From the NCBI GenBank assembly GCA_963707985.1, contig CAVPRW010000017.1:64001-128000 (forward strand): 64,000 nt of DNA, read 5' to 3'. Position 1 is the first letter of the stretch. Each line of letters opens with the position of its first letter. A program made the position numbers and the translations under genes. Of this stretch, positions 54,204-64,000 are shown in pieces. The notes beneath the pieces are model-generated. The model made no database searches and was not told the origin of the DNA. It saw nothing but the letters and a program-made list of their open reading frames with translations. Origin of the DNA: an uncultured Nitrospinota bacterium (GTDB lineage Bacteria > Tectomicrobia > Entotheonellia > J063 > CAVPRW01).

Positions 54204-57200
54204 ATGCCGACGGGCGAACAACAGCAGGTACGTCAGACCCTCATCGAGAGGCTTCGACTCGATCTTCTTGGCCCCTCTGCCCCCGATGAGGTGCTCGTCC
54301 AGGACAGGGAAACGCGAGAGGGTGACACACCACTTTCCCGTTACCTCATGGGCATCCTCTACCCCTCCAACTCCCTGGTGGCCCCGGAGGAGGACGACTC
54401 CGGGAATTCCGCTGGCGATGGTGAGGAGGAGGATGAGGCTCCCGAGGCACCAATGTGCAGATCACGGGTATTCCCAAACCCTCTTCCATCGGTCTGTCCT
54501 TCGCTGTCACCACCGATGTAGAGGACATCCGCCTTGAGCTTCGCTACGGTCTCTATACTCCAACCGAGAGGGTCCAGCCATTACCGGATGGTAATGCCAA
54601 TGACCGCACGGGCAACAGTGAAAGAAAGAGGCCAACCATCCAGTGGCAGCGGAGCCAAGTTATGGAATCTGTCACGGTCTCTTTGCAGGCCAACAATTCT
54701 CTGGAACTCCCCGGCGGAGGTAAGGGCGAGTGGCTCTGCCGCCGCGATGGCGACCTCCTGGCTATCTCCGTCTTCCTGCGAAATACCAACCTGGGTGGCC
54801 AGGGGCCAGATGACCCTGAACAGTGTCTCTACCAGCCCGAGATCATTATCTCCGGCATCACACAGGAGAGCACCCCGATTGTTAACCGTGCTCACCGGGT
54901 AAACCAGACCATCGATGACCCAGACCTTGAATCCTACAGGCTGTTGTACCGTGATAAACCGGAGTTTGGTGTCGGACACGGGTGTGCCACGGTCTGGGAT
55001 GATTCCGACTGTCCGCTTGACCGTGCCCGGATGATTCGCACAGAACTTTTACCCGATTGTCAGGTGGCCACAACCGAGGCCAGAGGCGGGGTCGGTCTGC
55101 CAGGACTAACCATGGAGATCCTCGCCTCGGCGCCAGCGGGAAACGACATTAAACGCGCGCTGGCTCCACTGGCTGACCAGTATGAGGAATGGATACGCGA
55201 GCGCCGCAACGATGTATCTGACATTCCCCCGGCACTCCGTCCAAAAGCAGCCGAGCATCTTGAGGACTGCGACGAAGCCCTGCGCCGTATACGCGAAGGA
55301 CTCGACCTCGTTGCAGGTGATCCTCTCGTGTTCCGGGCCTTCCAGTTTGCCAATCGCGCCATGATGCTTCAGCGCCAGAAATCCGTCGAGGCCGCAAATT
55401 TTCAGAGAGGGAAAGGCCGGATCTATGACTCGGAACCTCCATCATGGCGGCCTTTCCAGATTGCTTTCATCCTGCTTAACCTGAAGGGAATTGTCGTCCC
55501 CAACTCAGATGACCGCGACATCGTTGACCTCCTGTGGTTTCCCACCGGTGGTGGAAAAACTGAGGCCTACCTGGGCCTTGCCGCCTTTACCATGGGCCTG
55601 CGACGTTTTCGACATACTGACAATCCCCGCCCTGACCTCAGTGGTGACGGTGGCGTGACGGTGTTAATGCGGTACACTCTTCGTCTCCTCACAGTTCAGC
55701 AATTCCAGCGTGCCGCGACCCTGCTATGTGCATGTGAAATACTGCGCCGGCAAGATCCCCAACTGTTCGGCCGCGAGCCGTTCAGTATCGGCCTCTGGGT
55801 TGGCGGCGGCGCAACACCCAACCACATCGACCAGATTCCCGACCCACAATACGGACGAGAACCGGGAGCGCTCCAGGCTCTCGCGAATTTTGATCCAAAG
55901 AATGAACCGCCCACAGGCAATCCGGTGCAGTTGCGATCATGTCCGTGGTGCGGCGAGCCGCTCTCATATACCGATTACACGGCCAGCCGAGAATTGCTGC
56001 ACCTCCAGATCAGATGCCCCAACGAACAGTGCGACTTCCACGGATCTGCCAGCGACCTCATGTCTGGCATCCCGGCCTATGTGGTGGACGAGGACATTTA
56101 CCTCCGCTGCCCAACCATGCTTATCGGCACGGTTGATAAGTTTGCACGACTCCCATGGGATGAGAGGACGAAGGCTCTCTTTGGCCATGTCAATCGACGT
56201 TGTTCACGTCATGATTTCCTCGCCGATGGTGTAGACTACGGTAGTAAATGTGGTAGCCGTCATAATGTACACGGTAACCTTCCGCGAACGGAACTACCCG
56301 CGACCGTCCCTCCCTTCCTTCCTCCAGAACTTATCATCCAGGATGAACTGCACCTCATCACCGGTCCTCTGGGATCGCTGATGGGACTGTACGAGGGCGC
56401 TGTCGATTTTCTGTGCTCCTCCAAGATCGGTCATCGCCCGAAGGTTATCGCCTCCACTGCAACCATCCGCCGTTACCAGGACCAGATTCGTGGCCTGTTT
56501 GACCGGAAGGCTTCTCAGTTTCCCCCGCCTGCTCTGGACGCAGGTGAGTCCTTCTTCGCCGCCGAGACCAGGGAGAAGCCAGGACGGATCTATCTTGGTG
56601 TGTGTGCTCCTGGCAAGAGTATGAAAACTGCCGCTGTTCGCCTACTGGCCTCCATGATGCACACGGCCGAGTGCGAGCGTCTGACGCGCTCCACAGAAGT
56701 CGTCGATCCCTACTGGACCATTGTTTATTACTTCAACAGCCTGCGTGAGCTCGGAGGTGCACTCAGACTCATCGACGATGACATCCGCCAGCGCGTAGCC
56801 TATCTCGCAAACCGAGACGGAATCACTCCCCCACGTATGCCCGAGCGTCGGCCCGAGCTTACCAGTCGCATCCCCGCAAGCGAGATCACCACCCTTCTCA
56901 GAAACATGGAACAGACACTGGCCACCGGCAATGCCATCGACGTATTGCTATGTACGAACATGATCTCTGTCGGGGTCGATATCCAAAGATTTGGCCTCAT
57001 GCTCGTGACCGGGCAGCCAAAAACCAGTGCGGAATATATCCAGGCCACCAGCCGCGTCGGCCGTCAGGCACCCGGCGTGATTTTCACTCTCTACAACTGG
57101 TCCAGGCCCCGAGATTTATCCCATTACGAGAGGTTTGTGACCTACCACTCCATGATGTATCGCCATGTTGAGGCGAGTAGCCTCACCCCCTATTCCTCCC

Positions 57201-57628
57201 GTGCCAGAGACAAGGCCCTCCATGCCGTGTTTATTGCCCTGGTACGCCTGCTCGCGCCTCGAATGTCGTCAAACGATAGTGCACAGCGTTTCAACCCTGC
57301 GGACCCCCTTGTCCGGCGGGTCGTGGACTGTCTCCTCGACCGTGTGCGCCGTAACGACCCGGACGAGTTTGAAGATATGCGCCAACGGCTACAGGCGTTC
57401 ATCGACGGATGGGTAGAGCAGCAGCAACGACACCAGACCGACCTCACCTTCCGTGCACCGGGAGGGGTTCGGCGAAACGTTCGAACCTGGCTGATGCAAT
57501 CCGCCGAGGAGGGTCAGGGGGATGAGTTCCCCCGGGCGACCCTGAATTCCCTGCGTGAGGTTGAGAAGGCCTCCAGGCTCTACTTCAAGAATTTCACACG
57601 ATCCAGAACGGCAGGAAACCGACCATGA
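54204..57628 (+). CDS. drmA: DISARM helicase DrmA (frameshift near 54455)
   Basis: LDLLGP..YLMGILYP, WRPFQIAF, FPTGGGKTEAY, YTLRLLT, QDELH, QATSRVGR. Confidence 0.9.
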
Positions 57629-59382
57629 ACAGGCAACGCCTTCGCCCGAGTCAGATTATTACCACCTTCGGCCCTGGATCCATTATTGACCTCCCCGACG
57701 ATTCCGTCATGATTGCCGGAATCGATCACTGGTTTTCGGAGGGGAACAAACCACACAGGAAGATCAGCGAGCCACGCCTGCAGGCAACCCTGAGGGTTCG
57801 TGAGTTCAGGACGCCTCCGGTGGGGTCCTTCAACGACAATGACGTCCCCTTTGTACGATTTCCCCGCTGGCGAGTCTGTCCAAAGTGCAATCGCCTCTCT
57901 GACCAGTTTCGCTGGCCGAGAGGAAATCCCGATCTCCCCCCGGTGCCCCGCTGTGACACCTGCAACATGTCAACCTATCCGGCCAGAATCGTGGTGGCCT
58001 GTGCCACCGGGCACATCGACGACTTCCCCTGGTATCGATGGGTCCACCGCGGTCAAAACTGCGGCGGCGGTAACCTGTTCCTGAAAGGTGAAGGAAAATC
58101 AGCGGCCCTGGGAGATCTCCGCGTTGAGTGCGGCTGCGGCAGATCCCGAACTCTCTCGGGTGCACTTGGCAGCGATTCCATGGCCGAGGCCCGGTGCGTA
58201 TGTCAAGGAAGGCGTCCATGGCTCGACGACGAGCGTGAGGAATGTCGCGAACGACTCTACGCCCTTCAACGCGGTGCCTCGAACGTCTATTTCTCGGTCA
58301 TCCGCAGTGCTCTGTCCATTCCACCCTGGTCAGACCCTCTCCAGGCAGAGGTGGCCTCCTGGTGGGGACAATTCCGGAGCCCTCTGCCACCCGAGTCCTG
58401 GTCTGTGGTGATACAGGCCCGCTTTCCTGACAGGCCCGAGGAGAAGGTCAGAGAATGCATAGCCCGTCTCGAGGGACTTCAGACCGAAAGGCCGTCCATC
58501 CGTCGCGAGGAATATCAGGTTCTGGATGCCGACCAGGACCACAATACCCCAGACTTTGAGGCCCGCAGACAGCCCATATCCACCCGCACCAGGAGATTCG
58601 TCTCACAGCTGGTGGCCATTCCCCGGCTTCGTGAGGTGCGGGTACTTCTGGGCTTCACACGCATCCAGGCTCCTGAAATGGACCCCACCGTTGAGGTGTT
58701 TGACGAGCAACAGGGACCCACTGTCACCACTGCTCCTATCTCTGCCAGGCAATCTGAGTGGTTGCCCGGTGTCGAAAATCTCGGAGAGGGAGTTTTCCTG
58801 CGTTTCAACCTTCACCGCCTCCGGGATTGGGAAAGTCAGGACCCGGTGATCCAGAGAGCCACCAGACTACTCGATGCATACTCGCGATGGCGGCAAAGCC
58901 GCGGCTTGCAGGCCCTGAGAGGCCAGGGCCCCCGGCTCATCCTGTTGCACACCCTGGCGCATCTGCTCATCCGGCAGATGTCCCTGGATTGCGGGTATTC
59001 ATCCGCATCGCTCCGCGAGCGCATATACTCCGACGAGAACATGGCCGGATTGCTGGTCTATACCTCCACACCTGACAGCGATGGTAGCCTCGGCGGACTG
59101 GTCAGACAAACCAGGCTCGCAAAGAACCCTGATGGCAGTGAACGCGACAATTTCGGTCGCCTCCTCAGCGACATCATCGAATTCACCCGAACATGCTCGG
59201 GCGATCCCCTCTGCCGTGAACATGACCCCCGTCGCACCGACCGTCTCAACGGGGCGGCCTGTCATGCCTGTGGCATGGTTTCGGAAACCTCCTGTGAATT
59301 TGGCAATCGACTGCTCGACCGTGGGATGGTTGTGAACCTGCCCAACGAGAAACCGACCGGCTACTTTGACTATGATGAATAA
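57625..59382 (+). CDS. drmB: DISARM DrmB (DUF1998)
   Basis: RPSQIITTFGPG, LHTLAHLLIR..GYSSASLRERIY, CSGDPLC..AACHAC..SETSCE. Confidence 0.92.
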   Translation: MNRQRLRPSQIITTFGPGSIIDLPDDSVMIAGIDHWFSEGNKPHRKISEPRLQATLRVREFRTPPVGSFNDNDVPFVRFPRWRVCPKCNRLSDQFRWPRGNPDLPPVPRCDTCNMSTYPARIVVACATGHIDDFPWYRWVHRGQNCGGGNLFLKGEGKSAALGDLRVECGCGRSRTLSGALGSDSMAEARCVCQGRRPWLDDEREECRERLYALQRGASNVYFSVIRSALSIPPWSDPLQAEVASWWGQFRSPLPPESWSVVIQARFPDRPEEKVRECIARLEGLQTERPSIRREEYQVLDADQDHNTPDFEARRQPISTRTRRFVSQLVAIPRLREVRVLLGFTRIQAPEMDPTVEVFDEQQGPTVTTAPISARQSEWLPGVENLGEGVFLRFNLHRLRDWESQDPVIQRATRLLDAYSRWRQSRGLQALRGQGPRLILLHTLAHLLIRQMSLDCGYSSASLRERIYSDENMAGLLVYTSTPDSDGSLGGLVRQTRLAKNPDGSERDNFGRLLSDIIEFTRTCSGDPLCREHDPRRTDRLNGAACHACGMVSETSCEFGNRLLDRGMVVNLPNEKPTGYFDYDE

Positions 59383-60163
59383 CTCCCCGACGTCCACACC
59401 TACCTGGATTGTCGATCTGGCGGTTGCCGCTTCCAGCTTGAATACGGCGCAACTCCAGCTACTTGCCAGCAGCTACCGGACTGAGCGATCTCCCAGCACC
59501 CCGTCAGCTTCCCAGTTACAGCGCCGCCTTGCCCTCTCAACAGCAGACGCCACCGAACTTGCCCGAAACCTCAGACAGATCCGCACCACGTCACATGTGA
59601 CCAGCGGGGATATCGCTATCGCGCTTGCAACTCTGGCTCAAGCCAGGTCTGCACGTATCCACGGAGATGACCAGGTTGAGGTCGTTTGCACAGCCCCTTC
59701 CCGGCTGGGCGTTCCGCTCCGGACAACCTTTGCCACTGCCGTTGAGATGGTGCACGAGGCGCAGCAGACGATAATCGTTATGGGCTACGTATTTACCGGC
59801 GGTGCGAGGGCACTCATAGAACAGCTGGCGGCTGCTCGCCGCGACCGCGCGGTTCACGTAACATTGATCGGAAATCGCATGCAGGACCACATCCCCATCA
59901 TTCGCTCCATGTGGCCTGCTGACAGTCCCACGCCCGAAGTCTTCAGCCGTGAGACCAGTTCCGACGACAACACGGCAGCCATGCATGCCAAACTCCTGAT
60001 CTCCGACAGCGTGGCCGCACTCATTACCAGCGCCAACTTCTCCCATCATGGGCTCCATGAGAACATTGAGGTAGGCGTGAAAATTCGCTCTCCCTCTGTG
60101 ACACGGCTGGTTGACTTTATTCAGGCGATGATACGGATGGGGGAATTCAAAGCGGTTGAATGA
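59372..60163 (+). CDS. drmC: DISARM phospholipase D-like nuclease DrmC
   Basis: HAKLLISD..ITSANFS..NIEVG HKD motif; follows drmB. Confidence 0.9.
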   Translation: MMNNSPTSTPTWIVDLAVAASSLNTAQLQLLASSYRTERSPSTPSASQLQRRLALSTADATELARNLRQIRTTSHVTSGDIAIALATLAQARSARIHGDDQVEVVCTAPSRLGVPLRTTFATAVEMVHEAQQTIIVMGYVFTGGARALIEQLAAARRDRAVHVTLIGNRMQDHIPIIRSMWPADSPTPEVFSRETSSDDNTAAMHAKLLISDSVAALITSANFSHHGLHENIEVGVKIRSPSVTRLVDFIQAMIRMGEFKAVE

Positions 60164-60243
60164 ATCACCCGGCGCGCCCCCTCATTCACGAGGAAGTCAT
60201 GTCTATGCTATACTCAATGCTGCTAGCAAAATGGAGGTAGGCC

Positions 60244-60534
60244 ATGAACCTTAGTCGATTACCAGCCGACTTTGAGCAGCTTGTCGAGCGAGAACTCGCC
60301 GCGGGGGAATACCGCTCCGAGGCCGAGCCGGTAGCGGACGCGGTGCGCCTCCTCCGCGAATGCCATAAGAGCCACGAAGGCCCCCCTGAAAACGGCACGC
60401 TGCACATCCCTATTTGGGAGGTCCTTCAAGAAACCCTCAAAGACATCCATGAGGAGGAACTAGACCACCTTCTCCCTCGTGCTGCTGAGCAGCCCGACCA
60501 CTACATCAATGGCACCCCACAAAAGCCCGCATGA
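60244..60534 (+). CDS. ParD/CopG-like ribbon-helix-helix antitoxin-like protein
   Basis: LPADFEQLVERELAAGEYRS..VADAVRLL; GGAGG RBS. Confidence 0.65.
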   Translation: MNLSRLPADFEQLVERELAAGEYRSEAEPVADAVRLLRECHKSHEGPPENGTLHIPIWEVLQETLKDIHEEELDHLLPRAAEQPDHYINGTPQKPA

Positions 60535-60616
60535 GGCGGCTCTCTACTCCTCTGGCGAGAGTGGACAGCGGATATCTCACCCCTACTATGATAATGTCAT
60601 CTGCATGAGGTTTACT

Positions 60617-60793
60617 ATGGAAACCACAACTTCGCGCGATACCCTAACGACCTCTCCCCTTCTCACACCCGAGGAGCGTCTTAAGCTGTGGCAACGTTTC
60701 AAGGGCATGTGGAAGAACCGCACGCCCGACCCGGTAGAGGAGCTTGAGAAGATGCGCAAGGAGTGGGACCGTGAACTCCCACCGGCCCGCTAA
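60617..60793 (+). CDS. Putative VapB-like antitoxin
   Basis: 58 aa, GMWK..DPVEELEKMRKEW, directly upstream of the PIN gene. Confidence 0.65.
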   Translation: METTTSRDTLTTSPLLTPEERLKLWQRFKGMWKNRTPDPVEELEKMRKEWDRELPPAR

Positions 60794-60799
60794 CGCTCC

Positions 60800-61170
60800 A
60801 TGTATACCCTCGATACTAACGCCATCATATACTACCTCAAGAGCGAAACAGCGGCGGCCTCAGTCCTTGAACCCATGTTTGCTCAGGACATTGCCCTCTA
60901 TGTATCTGCTATACCGAGCTTGAACTCTTTAGCTCTCCCGCACTGACCGATGAGGATATCTCCGCCATCTCACAGCTTTTAACCTCTGTGGTCATCATCC
61001 CTGTGGACTCGCGTCTTGCTCGCTTTGCTGGATACCTCCGTCGCGAGTATCGCTTAAAGACCGCCGATAGCGCGATTGCTGGAACGGCGCTCCTCACGCA
61101 TACTACGCTGGTAACCCGTAACGTTGAAGATTTCCGACGCATTTCTACTCTTTCGCTCATGGGGATATAG
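60800..61170 (+). CDS. vapC: PIN-domain VapC toxin (frameshift near 60912)
   Basis: YTLDTNAII..VSAI/TELEL..LKTADSAIAGTA..LVTRN..DF. Confidence 0.82.
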
Positions 61171-61179
61171 AAATCTGGC

Positions 61180-63992
61180 CAGGCCGAGTGCGCGGTTTCG
61201 TGATGCGGTGAGCCACGGGCAAAGGTCACAAGGCTTGATGTTCTATCTTGCTGACTATAGCGAGGATGAGCAGCTCTTTCGGACTGGCCAGTAGGAAGTG
61301 GCCTACCAGCTTTTTCTCAACTGGCCAGGCAGTATGCTCTCCGGAGAGAGCGGCGTCTTGTTTAGGCCCAACGATCCGGCCAACCGGCTACCCGATTGAC
61401 TCACGAGCCTCGCAGATCGCCGCCCTGACGCTCTGGCTCCGTGCCCAACGTGCATATCAAATAATGGATTTCAAGGCCGACCGCCCCAGAATCGCCCAGA
61501 CGAACATCATCTGCGCTGAACCTATGCCAGGAGAGAGAACCCTTCTGGAGGAGGTCGTGACGGAGCTCCAGCCCCCAATCCTGGGACAGCTGGTGCGAGT
61601 GATTTTCGACAGGATGCAGCTTGCAGGAGAGGCTGGGTCGCTCCTCAGGATCGAAGCAGACATTGCTGACGCGGTCGCTGAGGCGAAGAAGCAGTGGCTT
61701 ACCAGACCGAAAGCGGAGCAATTCTGACTCTAGCGGATTTCGTGGTTGGTGAAGAGCCTTTGCAAACAAGAGGATGATTCCACCGCTGACCCCATCCTGT
61801 GGGGGTGTCGAAACCGCAGCGTGGGGAGGAAGTGATGGAACCCTCCCGGGGAAAAGTATCTGCGTGCCCTTCGCAAGCGAAGACCACTCTACGGCCTGTG
61901 TCGCCGAGCCGGAGTGCGTGCGCCAGCATCTGGGAGCGCGGCACAGGGAGCCTCCGGAACTGTTGCCCGAGCGCTTCGCCGAGGGCTTCAGGTTCCACGA
62001 CCAGCGCTGGTCGATCAAGCAGCCGCTCTGGACGCGCCGCATCGAGCTCACGGCCACGGGGCAGCTCTTGCAGAGACGACCCTCGTGCCTGATGCCTTCC
62101 ATGGTCGCACGTACCGACGAGGGGGAGAAGGCCCTCGACCTGCGCCACTGGGGCGTGCCCTGCGCCGCGCGCTGCGACGTGTGCGGACGCAGCCCGATGG
62201 TCTGGTATCGAGCCGAAGTCGCGTTGGGACGGCCCTCCATCGTCGGCAGCACCGTCAAGCAGCCCCAGAGGCGGCCCGAGGACCTGCTCGCCGACGAGAA
62301 GCCTACCTGGGCGTTCGGGCACACGGGCTATGTGCCAACCACGGTGGGCGGCGGCGGCCTCCTCGGTGCCGCCGTGGCCGAAGCGGCCTCGGCCGAAGCT
62401 CTGGAGGCCGCGTCTGGAGCGTGTGCCCACGAGGCCCGCACGCTTTGGCCTGCCGACCGCCCTCAGACGGTGTGCACTGACGGCTGGGACGCCACGCCAA
62501 GCGCCTGGAAGAGCCTCTTGCCGGCCGTCTGCAGCATCCTGTGTTGCCTGCACGCGGTCCGCAACGTCGCCGAGCGCGGTGGGCGCGACCTTGCGCTGCG
62601 CACGCTCGTCCTGGACCGGGTCTGGGAGGTCGATGACGCATGCACAAGAGCCCAGTGCTCTCAGCGGCTGCGCCGTCTGCGCGAGTGGGCGACGACGCGC
62701 CTGTCCGAGGGGGCCGTCCGGGACATGGTCCTCAAGCTCGGCCGCCAGGGCCCACAGTTCGTGCACGCGTACCGCTTCCCTACAGCGCCTCGGACCTCCA
62801 AGGCCCTCGATCGGCTCCTGAACCATCAGGACCGGCGGCTCTCTGCGATGCGCGACTGGCACGGCACACCCGAAAGCGCCCGCCTGGCCGTGCGTGCCAT
62901 GGCCGTGCCGTGGAACTTCCATCCGTACGGGGCCCGCTGTCGCGGCGACGATCGGACGCGCCGCTCGCCCTTCCACGACCGTAACGGCTTCGAGTCTCAC
63001 CCCCACTGGCTTCACAACCTGCTCATGGCCTCCTCCATGGGAGGACGAAGATGATGAACCACGAAATCCGATAGAGTCAGGCTGAACCCATAGCAGACAT
63101 AAGACAACTTGTCGGCGACCTGCTCTCCTATGCCGTCGGCTGCGCCTTCGGTCGCTGGGACGTACGCTTCGCCACCGGCGCACAGAAACCGCCTGAGCTG
63201 CCCGACCCTTTTGCTCCTCTTTCCATCTGTTCGACGGGCATGCTTACCGGCGAGGATGGCCTCCCATTGCGTGAAGCCCCACCAGGGTACCCCCTCCGCA
63301 TTGACCAAGACGGTATCCTGATAGACGACCGCGACCATCCCGACGATATCATCCGCCGCCTGCGAGACGTGCTCGAGGTGCTCTGGCAGGACCGCGCCGA
63401 AGCCATCGAACAGGAAGTCTGTGGGATCCTCGGCGTCAGGGAACTGCGTGACTATTTCCGAAGGCCCGGCAAGGCTGGCTTCTGGGATGACCACGTGTCC
63501 CGCTACTCAAAGAGCCACCGAAAAGCCCCTATCTACTGGCTGCTGCAATCCTCGAAGAAGAACTACGCCCTGTGGATCTACTACCACCGGCTCGACAGGG
63601 ATATACTCTTTAAAGCTTTGCTGAGCTATGTTGAGCCGAAAATCAGGCTGAAGGAAAGCCGCCTCGAACCGCTGCGGGCACAGCGGACAGCGGCAGGCAC
63701 CTCAGGCAAGGGCGTCAAGACGCTTGAAAAAGAGATCGACCGCCAGGAGGAAGTTATCTCCGAACTGCGGGACTTTGAGGAGAAGCTGCGCCGTGTCGCT
63801 AACCTACACCTTGACCCTGACCTCAACGACGGCGTGGTCCTGAACATTGCCCCGCTCTGGGAACTCGTCCCGTGGAAGGAGGCTAAGAAATACTGGGATG
63901 AATTGCGCGACGGGAAATACGAGTGGTCGTCCATTGGCAAGCAGCTACGCCAGAAGGGAATTACTCAGAATCCTTTGTCCAGAATCTATTAA
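61180..63992 (+). pseudogene. pglX: BREX methyltransferase PglX, fragmented and IS-interrupted
   Basis: N-terminal piece FYLADY..Q*..NDPANRL, middle piece IDSRASQIAALTLWLRAQ..AGEAGSLL, then the IS, then C-terminal GCAFGRWD..KAPIYW..DLNDGVVLNIAPL; no NPPY region seen. Confidence 0.85.
61724..63080 (+). mobile_element. IS element copy 2 (same family as 35057..36417)
   Basis: IRs CTGACTCTAGCGGATTTCGTGGTT / AACCACGAAATCCGATAGAGTCAG; 426 aa ORF 61774..63054; no TSD. Confidence 0.9.
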
Positions 63993-64000
63993 CGCCTGAA

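Overview
GC-rich bacterial window with many single-base frameshifts (long-read indel errors and real decay cannot be separated here). The gene style suggests Ca. Tectomicrobia, but that is inference only. (1) 1-22.2 kb is a long minus-strand lipid/type II PKS-like cluster: a LuxR regulator, a lone receiver domain, ACP, KS, a catalytically dead KS (CLF-like), class I HMG-CoA reductase, a CrtI-like FAD oxidoreductase, an SDR-acyltransferase fusion, an ABC1/UbiB kinase plus a pseudokinase, four proteins sharing an unannotated N-terminal 'MRELTKSMLSFSWxMSLFG' helical domain (one fused to a dead SGNH domain), and a patatin running off the left edge. This is the best candidate for an undescribed system, possibly a lipid-body biosynthesis machine. 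(2) 22.7-43 kb holds metabolic genes (two 2-hydroxyacid dehydrogenases, cupin, msrA, ABC substrate-binding protein, VOC, NHL, ABM), an IS graveyard, a secreted beta-helix/lectin-repeat protein and TA-like pairs. The IS elements show a strong A:T->C:G substitution bias. (3) 43.4-64 kb is a defence island: a type 1 BREX locus (brxA, brxB, truncated brxC, fragmented pglX) with a class II DISARM-like system nested inside it. The DISARM C5 methyltransferase appears fused to an endonuclease III-like glycosylase.
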